A stretch of DNA of 64,000 nucleotides, from the NCBI RefSeq assembly GCF_001194135.2, contig NC_068997.1:2286829-2350828 (forward strand). The letters run 5' to 3'. The notes beneath the pieces were generated by a model. That model saw nothing but the letters and a program-made list of their open reading frames with translations, was not told the origin of the DNA and did no database searches. The DNA is from Octopus bimaculoides (Eukaryota). Position numbers and translations under genes: made by a program. How positions within the stretch are numbered: the first letter of the stretch is position 1; every line of letters starts with the position of its first letter. Below, in pieces: positions 1 through 13,309 of the stretch.

Positions 1-203
1 TAGTCCAAGTAAAAGATAAAAGACCTATGTATGTGCCGTCATCATTATCCCTTAATAGTCAGTTTCCAGGTTTGCATGCACCCCACCTCCCCACTATACA
101 TATATATATATGCCATTGCCTAGAAAGAAGCGTGACGTGCCTTTGATCCTTCTCACCCATGCTGGTGTCACAAGAAAATAGTAAAGCCTGCACAGAGTCC
201 ATC

Positions 204-235
<32 letters not shown>

Positions 236-549
236 AACAAAGGGTTCATCTAGAGAGTAGGAACGTAGCTTTCAGTTTAGTCTTGTGAATAGCACAACTA
301 TTCTAGCCATCAAACCATCATAAAACACTCTCTCAGTAATCTCATTAGTGGGGTTGGTGTGAGGAAGGACATCCAGCCATAGAAGCTGTATCAAAACAGA
401 ACACATGAGATGTAGTCTTCCAAGCAACATAGGAAAGTTGCTACTCTGAGTGGGTGTGTCCTACTTCTAGCTAGCAGTAAAAGCAGATCTAAAACGATAT
501 TGATGGTGGCTTGCATAGGAATAAGAGTGAGTTCGTGTGTGTGTGTGTG

Positions 550-767
550 TAGGGTGGCCCAAAAGTAGGTTTACAGTTATTCAACTATCTCTTTCGCATT
601 CATATATTAACAGTTTAGATCTTAATTATATTAAAAAAAAAATACGAAACCATTATTCTATGCTAATTTAGATGATTGTAAGATAGAAATTTAAATGTAA
701 TAAAATGTTTTAGCGGAAATTTAAAGTGCCTACGTGATAACTGTAAACCTACTTTTGGGCCACCCTG
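550..767. mobile_element. Tc1/mariner-type MITE, ~218 bp
   Basis: 30-bp perfect TIRs agggtggcccaaaagtaggtttacagttat (551-580) and its reverse complement (737-766); TA on the right flank; AT-rich non-coding interior. Confidence 0.85.
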
Positions 768-1008
768 TATATATATACATACATATATATATGTATATAT
801 ATATATATTCATACATACACACATATACATATNNNNNNNNNNNNNNNNNNNNNNNNNNNNNNNNNNNNNNNNNNNNNNNNNNNNNNNNNNNNNNNNNNNN
901 NNNNNNNNNNNNNNNNNNNNNNNNNNNNNNNNNNNNNNNNNNNNNNNNNNNNNNNNNNNNNNNNNNNNNNNNNNNNNNNNNNNNNNNNNNNNNNNNNNNN
1001 NNNNNNNN

Positions 1009-1200
1009 TCATCATCATCATCATCATCGTTTAACGTCCGCTTTCCATGCTAGCATGGGTTGGACGATTTGACTGAGGACTGGTGAACCAGATGGCTACA
1101 CCAGGCTCCAATCTGATTTGGCAGAGTTTCTACAGCTGGATGCCCTTCCTAACACCAACCACTCCGAGAGCTTAGTGGGTGCTTTTATGTGCCACCAGCA
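1009..1200 (-). mobile_element. RTE family A 3' end
   Basis: (ATC)n then cgtttaacgtccgctttccatgctagcatgg..., reverse complement of the 51410-51560 3' end. Confidence 0.88.
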
Positions 1201-1206
1201 CATACG

Positions 1207-1244
<38 letters not shown>

Positions 1245-3235
1245 CATATATATACATATATATATATATATTCTTTTATTCTTTTAGTTGTTTGAGTCAT
1301 TTGACTGTGGCCATGCTGGAACACCACCTTTTAGTTGAGAAAACCGACCCCGGGACTTATTCTTTGTAAGCCTAGTACTTATTCTATCAGTATCTTTTTG
1401 CCGAACTGCTAAGTTACAGAGAAGTAAATGCACCAGCATTGCATGTCAAGCGATGTTGAGGGGAAAAACACAGACACACACACATATATATATATACGAC
1501 AGGCTTCTTTCAGTTTCCGTCTACCAAATCCACTCACAAGGCTTTGTTGGCCTGAGGCTATAGTAGAAGATACTTATATGTGTGTGCGTGTGTGTGTGTG
1601 CGTGTCCGTGTATATTTATATATCTTTTATCGTCTACTTGTTTCAGTCATGAGTCTGTGGCCATGCTGGGGCATTGTTTTGAAGGAATTTTAGCTAAATG
1701 TATTGGCCCCAGGACTGGTTTTTCCTTTCTTTTGTAAGCCTGGTACTTATTCTATTATTCTATTTTGCTGAACCACAAGGTTATGAGCACATAAACACAC
1801 TGACACTGGTTTTCAAGTGGTGGTGGTGGTGGTGGTGGTGGTCGGTAAAAACATAGATGCAAAGACACATAAACACAAATATATATATATATATATAATG
1901 ATAATAATAGTAATCCTTTTTACTATAAGCACTAGGCCTGAAATTTCTTTTGGTGAGGTGGGGGTACAGTTGATTAGACCGACCCCGGTATGAAACTAGT
2001 ACTTAATTTATTGACCCCGAAAAGACGAAAGCAAAGTCGACCTCAACGGAATGTGAACTCAGAATGCAAAGACGAACAAAATGCCGCTAAGCATTTCAGC
2101 CAGCTTGCCGTCATGGTGATAATAATAATAATGATAATAATAATAATAATGATAATAATATTAATAATGATAATAATAGATAAAGGAAAAGGAAAATAGA
2201 TTTAGCACCAGTGCTAAATCTATTTTCTGTTTCCTTTATCAATTATTGTCTCAACTAACACTGCAGAATTCCTGATGTAGACCCAGCAGAAATATATCCC
2301 AACCTCGGTTGACACCAAGTAACCCAAACTGTGAACATGTTTTACTCAACATACCAATTGACATATCCCCATTAATCATTCAAAATCACACATATATATA
2401 TATATACTCTTCTACTCTAAGCAAAATTTTTGGGGAGGAGGCCAGTCAATTAGACCAACCCCAGTACACAACTGGTTCTTAATTTATCGACTCCGAAAAG
2501 ATGAAAGATAAAGATCACCTCGGCAGAATTTGAACTCAGAACATCAAGAAAGAGACAAAATACTGCTAAGCATTTCATCTGGCTTGCTAACGTTTCTGCC
2601 AGCTTGTCCCCTTTATATAAATATATATATGTATGTATTTATAGATCTATACCAAAATTTGGAAAAAAATATTGTATCTGTTATCAACGTAGCAAAATTC
2701 TCACATGTGAGTTTTTGTATGTATATCAATTTAAATAAGAGCTAAAAGATGATCCATTGTAAAGACTTTCATCTTTTAGCTCTTATTTAAATTGATATAT
2801 ATATNNNNNNNNNNNNNNNNNNNNNNNNNNNNNNNNNNNNNNNNNNNNNNNNNNNNNNNNNNNNNNNNNNNNNNNNNNNNNNNNNNNNNNNNNNNNNNNN
2901 NNNNNNNNNNNNNNNNNNNNNNNNNNNNNNNNNNNNNNNNNNNNNNNNNNNNNNNNNNNNNNNNNNNNNNNNNNNNNNNNNNNNNNNNNNNNNNNNNNNN
3001 NNNNNNNNNNNNNNNNNNNNNNNNNNNNNNNNNNNNNNNNNNNNNNNNNNNNNNNNNNNNNNNNNNNNNNNNNNNNNNNNNNNNNNNNNNNNNNNNNNNN
3101 NNNNNNNNNNNNNNNNNNNNNNNNNNNNNNNNNNNNNNNNNNNNNNNNNNNNNNNNNNNNNNNNNNNNNNNNNNNNNNNNNNNNNNNNNNNNNNNNNNNN
3201 NNNNNNNNNNNNNNNNNNNNNNNNNTATATATATC

Positions 3236-3406
3236 ATCATCACTCTCGGAGTGGTTGGCATTAGGAAGGGCATCCAGCTGTAGAAACTCTGCCAAATCAG
3301 ACTGGAGCCTGGTGTTGCCATCCGGTTTCACCAGTCCTCAGTCAAATCGTCCAACCCATGCTAGCATGGAAAGCGGACGTTAAACGATGATGATGATGAT
3401 GATGAT
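3236..3406 (+). mobile_element. RTE family A 3' end with (GAT)7 tail
   Basis: Near identical to 51410-51560. Confidence 0.88.
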
Positions 3407-3915
3407 CATCATCATCATCATCGTTTAACATCCGCTTTCCATGCTAGCATGGGTGGATGATTTGATTGAGGACTGTTGAGGCAAGTAAAATCAAAATCGA
3501 ATCAAATTCGATGACTGACACCAGTGCCAGTAGAGTGCTAAGAGCACCGTCCAAGCATGATCGTTGCCAGACCAGCTGACTGGCTTCCGTGCCGGTGGCC
3601 CTTAAGAAGCACCATTCGAGCAAGGTCGTTATAAGTGTCACCTTACTGGCACTTATACTGGTGGCACATGAAAAAAACATTCGAGCGAGGTCGTTGCCAG
3701 TGCCGATGGACAGGCTCCTGTGCAGGTAGCACGTAAAATACACCATTTTGAGCATGGCTGTTGCCAGTACTGCCTGACTGGCCCTCATGCCAGTGGCACG
3801 TAAAAGCACCCACTACACTCTCAGAGTGGTTGGCATTAGGAAGGGCATCCAGCTGTAGAAACTCTGCCAAATCAGATTGGAGCCTGGTGTAGCCATCTGG
3901 TTCGCCAGTCCTCAG
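3407..3915 (-). mobile_element. RTE family A insertion with internal inversion (terminal ~70 bp on minus, upstream 3' UTR on plus)
   Basis: 3407-3475 is the reverse-complement tail up to cagtcctc; 3476-3915 is the forward 3' UTR ending at ccagtcctcag. Confidence 0.75.
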
Positions 3916-5005
3916 CTGTAGAAAATCTGCCTCAATAAACTACAGCTGATCCATGTAAGCATGGAACAGTAATTAAAATAATAATGATGATGAGAATGAT
4001 GATATATAATAGAGAGTAGTTGCCATATTTCATTCCAGATCAGCTATCTCTGATGATCACAAGGTGACATAATTATATTGTTACCGAACATCCCGTTTAA
4101 TCCCGAGCACAAAACAGATTGGTAAGGTTGGCCATAATGGATATTGTACACTTTCAATAATATACCCACTCTATTGACAGATATACGAGCGCATTTTTTT
4201 CCTGACTTATGGACTTTTAGACCACACACACACACATATATTCATAAATATATACACACACCTGCTATATATTAAGTGATCCACACCAAGCAGTGAGACA
4301 CTGTGCTAAAACAGAGCCTTCCAACCATGCCATTATGGAGAGCAAACATGACAGAATTAGTGGTGATGATGATGATGATGAAAATGACAATGGTGATGGT
4401 GATGATGATGATGATGATGATAAACAATAAACTACTTTTGATTCTTCCCCGCCCCTTTTATTAAATTTTTGTAGTAGTTTTTATTGATTCTTTTTTCATA
4501 AACTTTACTTTGCGGTTGTTGATTTTCTAGTCAGTGTTGTTGTTATTGTTATTGCTGTTATTGTTTTCACTGGTGGTGTTGTTGTTGTTGTTGTTGTTAC
4601 CTTGACATTCTGCTGCTGTTACGTTGTAGAAAGGTGAGACTATGGCATATAGCATTGATCGGCAACACACAGGAGGCTGTAGTATCTATGCGTGTGATGC
4701 ACGTGTGTTTGTGATCATATGTATACACAAGTGTGTGTATATATGTTTGTGCAATCGTGTCATTGTGTATGTGAGTAAGTATATGTGTTAGTGTGTATTT
4801 GTGCGAGGGAGACTGTAATGTGTGTGATTGTGTATGTGCCTTCACGTCATTGTATAGATGTTACGTTTGAGTCAATGAATAAGTGTGTGTGTGCGTGTGA
4901 TTACCAATTTGCCAGTTTCTGTGTTCAACACTGGAATAAAGTTCTCCAATATACCTGCTGACACCATGGTGATGATGATGATGAGGAAACTGCGAGTACC
5001 ATCAC

Positions 5006-5049
<44 letters not shown>

Positions 5050-7948
5050 CCATCCCTACAGCACTCCTTCACCACCCCATCACATAAATCCATATTCCAT
5101 AGATGGTAATGTCTTAAAGAAATACTTGATCGGCGATAAACATTTTCAGAGAGAGAGAGAGGGGGAGGGAAGGGACAGAAGAACGAGGAAGAGGTAAATG
5201 AACAGAAGTGGGGTGAGGGTGAGAGAAAGAGGGAGAGAGTGAGCGATTATATTAATTAAAAGGAAATAATCCATTGTTACAGAGAAACATTGTAGAATTT
5301 GGAATATTGTTGGGTCCTAACATTTGAAAGCCTCGGCATTGCATTGGTGTTTAAGCAACACCTCGCCCCACCCTCGCCAACCCACTTCATCTTCCCACAT
5401 TGGAGTGGGTGGGGGTGGGGACCCTCACCCTTCACTGTCCACCCTCACACTTCCACCATCCCAAAACCACACTTGCCCATCCCACACTTATGACTACACC
5501 ACTCCCCCTCTTCTGCTCTTACCTCCCTCTTTGTCATCCATCCTCAAGTTCCAACCATCTCTGCCACTCCCCCTACCTCCTCCAACTCACACTCTGCTCA
5601 CCCAAACGGTAGCAGTTGCCCTCGACAACCCCCGCCCCACCCCTAGTAACTGCTGTAATAATCACTCCATCAAGTGGAAGTCGTTAATATGTCAAATTCA
5701 CACAAATCTTTCCATAATTGATTTCACATCATTTAAAACAATGTTCCTCCATATTTGTCCCGCATCTCCGGCAGTCAATGATTTACGGGGAACTGCAGTG
5801 TGTATGTGTGTGCATATGTGCTCACATGTGTGTGTGTATTATATCATGTATGTGCATAATATTTATGTGTGTATGATAATGCATAACTATCTTTCTCTAT
5901 ACACACATATATATATACACATATATACACATAGATATATACATATACATACATATATACATACATACAAACATATACATACATATATACATACATACAA
6001 ACATATATACATATACATACATATATACATACATACAAGCATATATACATATACATACATATATACATACATATGTGCAGACATATATATACATACACAT
6101 NNNNNNNNNNNNNNNNNNNNNNNNNNNNNNNNNNNNNNNNNNNNNNNNNNNNNNNNNNNNNNNNNNNNNNNNNNNNNNNNNNNNNNNNNNNNNNNNNNNN
6201 NNNNNNNNNNNNNNNNNNNNNNTTATTCATTGGCACCTTTAAGAACACTTTGATGCGGCTGTTCTCCAGTTCAAGTTCTGGGTTCTCTGTATTCGTTGTT
6301 TATACAGAAAACACCATTCCATACAGAGGTGGCCTTGGTCATTCTTGTTGATAGATCTGGTCCCTAATGCACAAAAAGATTCCTATAGGTAGCATTCCCT
6401 TTTGGAACCCCATTTTTTGTGATTTCCTTGGGTGGGGATACAGATCAGTTAATGAGAGAGAGAGAGAGAGGGGGGGGAGGTGTAGTGAAGCATGACCTGG
6501 GGCATGGAAAGATATGATGTCATCAGGAGGTTCCATCTTAAAGCCTACCTGTAATTGGATTTTGTAGAATATGTGGAATACACTGTTTGCTGCATCCCAT
6601 GAAGCCAGCATAAGGACGTCATCTATAGATGCAGGGGCTGTGGAGTGAAGAAACTTGCTTCTCAACCAAATGTTTTCAGGTTCTATCCCACTGTGTGGCA
6701 ACTTTGGCAAGTGTCTTCTGCTATAGTGCTGGGCTGGTCAAAGCCTTGAGGGTGGATTTGGTAGGCAGAAACTGAAAGAAGCCTGCTGTGTGTGCGTGTG
6801 TGAGTTTATATATTGGTTTCAATTTTTGGCACAGGCCCAGAAACTTCAAGAGAGTGATTAAGTTGATTACATCAACCCCAATTTCTAACTGGTACTTATT
6901 TTACCAACCCTGAAAGGATGAATGGCAAAGGTGACCTTGGCAGAATTTGAGCTCAGAAAGTAAATACTGACAAAATGTTGTTCAGCATTTCGTTCGCTGA
7001 AGTAATGAATCTGCTGGTTCACTGCCTTTGTGTGTTTATACAGTAGAATAGTAACAAGGCCATCATCATCATCATCATCATCATTGCTTAATGTCTGTTC
7101 TTCATGCTGGCATAGATTGGATGATTCTACAGAAACTGCCAAGTCAGAAGACTGCACTAATCTCTGCTGTCTGCTTTGTCATGGTTGTTTCTATGGCTGG
7201 ATGCCCTTCCTAAAGCCAACCACTTTACAGAGTGTACTAGGTGCTTTTCTTCACATGGCACCAGCAGCAGTAAGGTTTCTGAATAACTTGCAAGACAAGC
7301 CTCCCGCAAATGAAAAGGGTGTGTAGTGCTGAGAGACAGCAAAAAAAAAAAAGGAGTCTTGGAATTAGAGGAGAAAACATGGCTACCACTGGTGAAGACA
7401 GGGTATGGAAAGAGGAGAGGGAGAGGGAGAGGAGAGAAAAAGGAGGGAGAGATGGTGAAGCTGTGACAGGGACTGGAGAGGGTGACTGGGGTGGGTGAGT
7501 TTACTGGATTGCGAAAGCAGAGTGGTGGATGGTGGGGGAATCTAATGATTAGGCAATACTTCTGTATATCTGCAATCTCTTCCTCAACAACAGAGAAGAG
7601 ATGTATAGAGTGCTTAATTAGCTAACATAATGCTACTGTATATGATAACACCTGAAGCTGACATATATGGATGCATCACAGCTAATCATGATCTCCAGTT
7701 ATAATGTTAGTAGAAGTATTTTTGAAGGCCTAAAATAATGAAATATTTAATGTTGAAGTATAAATGGTTATATTTTGTTTACACTGTGAGTGTGAATTCT
7801 CACTCACACACATACATACATACATACATATATACATACATACATGTATATATGTATATATCTATGCACACACAAATTTATCTATGTATGTTTTTAATTT
7901 AGAAACAAAGATATATTTTGAGCAATTTGAACACATCCTCCTCTTCCT

Positions 7949-7986
<38 letters not shown>

Positions 7987-8406
7987 ATTGTGAGAGAGAG
8001 AGGGAGAGGAGAGAGAGAGAGGGAGAGGGGGGAGAGAGAGGGAGATGTATGTGTGTATTCATATATATGTGTGTGCATGCATGTATGTATATATGTTATT
8101 TATACATACATACACTTATCTGTATACCTGTGTATATAGAGAACATACAAGATTTCATCATGTATATGTTGTGTGTGTGTGTGTGTGTGTGTGTTATACA
8201 TATACTCACATATTTGCATGCGTAAGTGTATGGAAAATTTGTTGTTGGTTTTTTGGTTTTGCTTTTTTTTTATATTTTCAAAAAACTGAAAATCTATAAG
8301 TTTTAGTATATTTTTTTCAGTAAAGAAAGTCAGTTATCGATCTGGAATTATCTGTGACAGAATCTCACCTGTAAACCTGTAAAAGGTAAAACTGAGTATT
8401 GGTGTG

Positions 8407-8474
<68 letters not shown>

Positions 8475-8544
8475 TGCATAGGTGGGGGTGGGGAAGTGTC
8501 TGGAAGTAGTGAATGAGTAAACATTTTGTTCTGGCACTGGACCA

Positions 8545-9175
8545 ATACTGTATCTACTACAAGCATCATTACCACCACCACCACCATGACCACTACCACC
8601 ACCACCACTACTTCCATCACCATTGCCTACCATACATCAACTGTCACCACCACTGCCACTATTCCTTCGAATACTACCACTGTTGCTACCTGTATCACCA
8701 ACACTTACAACAGTTACTACAAGTACGACATCAAATACTACCACTACAACTATTACTTCTACTGCCACCAACACTAGCATCCTACCATCATCGTTATACC
8801 CCTATTACACCTACTACACCCACCCCTATTGCAGCTCCCACCATCCACCCCTATTACCAACACAGTCAGCACCACTACCACCGCCCATGTCAATACTGCC
8901 ATGACTACCACCACCACTATCACTACTGGCATAACAACTACTACAACCGCTACCACAACAACCACTACCACCACATCTACTACTCCTACCACTACTACTA
9001 CAACAACAAACACTACCACGAATACCTCAATCACTATCACTACCACTACATCTATTACTACTACTACCACCACCACCACAACTACTACTACTCCCACCTC
9101 CACCACCACCACTACTGTTACCAACCCTGCCACCACATATACTCCACACACCCCACTACTCACCGTCACCTATCA
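8545..9175. repeat. Degenerate (ACC/ACT/ACA)n trinucleotide low-complexity tract
   Basis: Gives Thr-, His- and Val-rich ORFs in several frames on both strands. Confidence 0.85.
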
Positions 9176-9490
9176 TTAATAAATGTAAAGACTATGCAAA
9201 AATGAACCTGAGACTGCAAAGTCAGATTTCAGTGAAACCAGAAGCCAGTTCTTCCCGAGTCTGCTGAATTGGTGAAAGCAGCATCAATGGAAGTCTGGCA
9301 CTGAGAACTTTATTAAAAGCCATCTTGAAGAAAATCTAGGAATTCTAAACAAGTGACATGGCAGTTTACCATTTCAATGATAACACAGAAAATGTATTTA
9401 ATATTATTAACTGGAAGACTGCCAGACACATACATTCATAATCACACATGTGTACATGCATACACACACACACACACACACACACATACA

Positions 9491-9533
<43 letters not shown>

Positions 9534-9879
9534 CTGAAGGATTACAATTAATCAAAGGATATACTAAGTATATCTACCAGCTGGAAATAACAGTCAAAAC
9601 TCTTATTTAAATTGCCAAAATACACTGATAATAACTACAGAAATCAACTGTCTGAAGGCATATGGGTCAAGACAATCTCTTGGCATACATTCAAGTAATT
9701 GGACTCACGTGGACCGGTTTCTGGACTGACATTACAGCCTCACCCTCCTCAGCATGCATTACCATGATGGAGAGCCCCATCCCATCACGCTGAAGTCTGT
9801 GTTGCAACTGATTCATTTTGCACCAAATCATGGCAGTCACATGGTTGAATGCCCTTCCAAATCCCACCCTTATTCCACC

Positions 9880-10330
9880 CTTATTGGTAGCACCAACATT
9901 AAAGGGGTAGACATATCCTCAACATAACCCTAGATTCCTCTAGGCACTTTCTTGTCTCCGTTCTTTCAGCAACTGCTACACAGGGTCTACTGGGTGTAAA
10001 CATTTGTGGCACCAAAACTAAAGGGTAGTACATAACCTTGACATGACCAAAATGTCCTCTACACCCTACAAGGTATACTGGGGTGTGTATATCTGTTGCA
10101 ACAGCACCAAAGAGGTACACATAACCATGACATGACCAAAAATATCTTCTATACCCTACAGGGTCCACTGGGTGTGTATATTCGTAACACCAGCATCAAA
10201 TGGGTGCAGATAACTTTGACATGACCAAAGAATCCCCTGAACCCTACACTGATACCATTCATTCAACAACAACTACACAGAGCTTACTGGGTGTGTATAT
10301 TTGTGGCACCAGCATTAAAGAAGGTGCCTT
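9880..10330. repeat. Degenerate ~88-bp tandem array (4-5 units)
   Basis: Recurring acagggt..actgggtgtgtata and ataacc.tgacatgaccaaa at ~9979, 10067, 10157 and 10277. Confidence 0.7.
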
Positions 10331-11411
10331 ACCTATAGCAAAACCGAAGAGTCCTCTCTATGCTGTCTCAATTCAAGAAGACACTGATGATGATGATGCT
10401 TCTATGCACATTAAACCAGACACATATGTTTGTGGAATACTCTGCCACCTACTCAAATGAATAGGTGTTTCCATTAACGAAATAGCTACAAAAGTGATGC
10501 ATCAATGACTAGGGTTATTGTTTAGCCTCAGTTCAATTGTGATTGAGCATTGTCCAATCAATACTGATCCAGTAGAGACCATGTCCATCTTTTATTCAGA
10601 CATAGTTTGTATCTAAACTTATCTAAAGTGTCCCTTATGTTCAAAACCAGTAGGATGACATTTGAGTGGTTACTTTTTCTAGCAGAACAATCAACCTATA
10701 TTAAGGCTCTGATTCCTATACATATTCTGTTTGGTCATTATATTGACAGATTTCTATAGCTGGCGCCAGTTTAGTAGCCAGAATTTGACAAAAAAGCTAG
10801 TAAAACCCACCACATTGTCTTTAAAATTAATTTCTAAAGAAGAATACAAGAAGATATTGGACTGGAGAAATAAAGGAATCGGTAAAGATAAGCTATTAAT
10901 ATATTTTCTATAGACAAATGGTTAAGATAGAATCAATAAGGAGCGGAGAGGAGTGGGGAGATGGTGAAGATCTCTTGTTAGATTTAAGGAGACAGACAGT
11001 CTTATGGAACAATTGTGGCACCAATTTTGGGTCATCCATGCAGCTCAATAACAGAATTACAGAATAACGGAATGAGTGTGTGTGTGTGAGTGCCTGTGGT
11101 GGAATATAGGCGTGTGTGTGAGTAAGGGATTACAGATTTGTGTTTATGTTTAAGTAAGGATTACAGAAGATATGCGGCTAAAGGAAAAACAAATGAGTGT
11201 TTGTGTGTGAGTTTGTGTCATTCAATGTAAGTGTGTATGAGTAGATGATTACGGATACATGAAGATGATATATTATATATATGTTTGTAGATGATTATGG
11301 ATACATGAAAATGATATATTATGATATATGTGTGTGTACACATGTATAACCACATGCATACACACACACAATGATGATAAATATATTCAAATATATTTTT
11401 TCTATATTAGC

Positions 11412-11790
11412 ACAGATGTGGTTGTGTGGTAAGAGGCTGGCTTCCCAACCACTTAGTCCCAAGTCCAGTCCCACTGCATGGTATCTAGGGTTAGTATTTT
11501 TCACTATAGCTTTGAGCCAACCAAAGATTTGGGAGACGGAAACTGAAAGAAGCCCATCATATAATATATGTGTGTGTGTGTTTGTGTTTGTACCCCCACT
11601 ACTGCTTGAAAATTGGTGTTGGTTTGTTTACATTCGCATGATTTAGTAGGTTGGCAAAAAAAGTGAGACCAAGCTTTAAAAAAATAAGTGCTTGGACGGG
11701 GGTCAATTTGTTTGCCTAAAAAACCCTTCAGGATGGTGCTCCAGCATGACCACAGTCCAGTGACTGAAACAAATAAAAGAAAATTTCAAA
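11412..11790 (+). mobile_element. S1 SINE
   Basis: Same head, core and tail in forward orientation. Other forward copies at ~6640-6800, 12240-12510, 20750-20970 (right arm) and 63755-63910. Confidence 0.78.
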
Positions 11791-13309
11791 TTTTGGCACA
11801 AGGCCAGCAAGTTTGGATGAAGGGTTTAGTCACTTACATTGATACCAGTGGTTAACTGGTACTTACTTTATCAGCCCTGAAAGGGTGAAAAGCAAAGTCG
11901 ACATCACTGGAATTTCAACTCAGAATGCAAAGACAGACGAAATACTGCTAGGCGTTTTGCCTGGCATTCTAACAATTCTCCCAGGTTGCCACCCTTGAAA
12001 AAAATGAAAGATAAACGACCATCAACATTATTGGCACCATACATTTTTACCAATTCTTGAAATGGTTTGGAAGGATCCTCTCCCACATGCTATCTAACTT
12101 TCATCCTCTCCTTCATCAGATCAACTTTCGTTATTTCTTCTTAGGGTTTCCTCACCATGTACCTTCTCCACAAATTCCTTTCTCTTGGATCATATAGCAC
12201 TTCTTTACCCAAGTGTCTTTCTCAATAGCACGTCTACCAGACCCACTGCATGGCACCATGGGCAAATGTGTTCTACTATAGCCATGGGTTGAACAAAATC
12301 TTGTGAGTGGATTTAATAAATGGAAACTATGAGTTTGTTTGTGCTTGTCCCACCACCACCATCACTTGATGCTGTTGGTTTGTTTATGTCCCCATAACAT
12401 ACCAGTTCAGTAAAAGACTAAGTATCAGGCACTTAAAAAGAAAACTAAACTAAAGATACTTCAAGGCAGTTCCCCAGCATGGTTGTAGTCCAATGACTGA
12501 AACAAGTTCAAGATAAATACGGTATTTACTCCACCTATTTGAGTTCTGGGTTCAAACCTCACAGTGGCCAACAAATAATATGGAAGGCATTAGTGTCCTA
12601 CAGTGTACACCTCCCCCCCCCCATAGTAAGGAGGAATCATTTAGTTTCACAAGAGACATAATTGCTGCTAGTGTTGGTGCCAGTGTGCAATATACCCCCC
12701 ACCCCCCATCATCATCATTTTAATGTCCATTTCTCCAGACTTTCATGGGTTTGACAGAATATAGCGAATTAGGTTTTCTATGTCCAGATGCCATTCTTGT
12801 AGCCAAGCCTCATCTGTTTTGAAGCTAGGTAATATTTCCCCCATGGTCAGACATGTTATTTCAGAATATTAGAAATGAATGACACTGCCTGTATGACGGT
12901 GACACTCATTTACAACTATCATGAGATGTCAAAACAAGGAGACATAAACAAACACATACACATATATTATACAATGGGCTTATATCAGTTTTGGTCTATC
13001 AGATCCACATGGCCTGGTGCTATAGCAGAAGACACTTGCCCAAGGTCCAACAGAATGGGACTGAACCCAGAACCATGTGGTTTGGTTGGGAAGCAAACTT
13101 CTTACTTAATAGCCATCACTCTGGAAAACGGTTACTGTTCAGAGAGGCATCCAGCTGTAGAAACCATGTTAAAACATGTAAAATGTAAGGGATGAGCAAC
13201 ACTTGGTCTCTGACCTCGCAAAGACATTAGGAACTTTGAGTAAGAACTGTATCAAACTGTGATAATACAACCAGGCCAGGCCAGCACGGAAGAGATAAAT
13301 GAAATGATG

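Noticed and set aside
4050-4085. CTGATGA followed by TCAC/GTGA hairpin
   Set aside because: No GAAA after the stem and no stem I partner.
4597-4660. Minus-strand FLQRNSSRMSR followed by gtaac, resembling the myosin switch-I NSSRF exon
   Set aside because: Lacks AFGNAKT and the invariant F/GK continuation; no suitable acceptor or phase; chance match.
5324-6253. 309-aa ORF and the many YI/HT/CV-rich or X-containing ORFs (also 36540-37412, 56551-57213)
   Set aside because: Produced by microsatellites and N gaps.
8513-9205. Mucin-like Thr-rich and His-rich ORFs
   Set aside because: Low-complexity trinucleotide tract open in several frames on both strands; no splice or compositional support.
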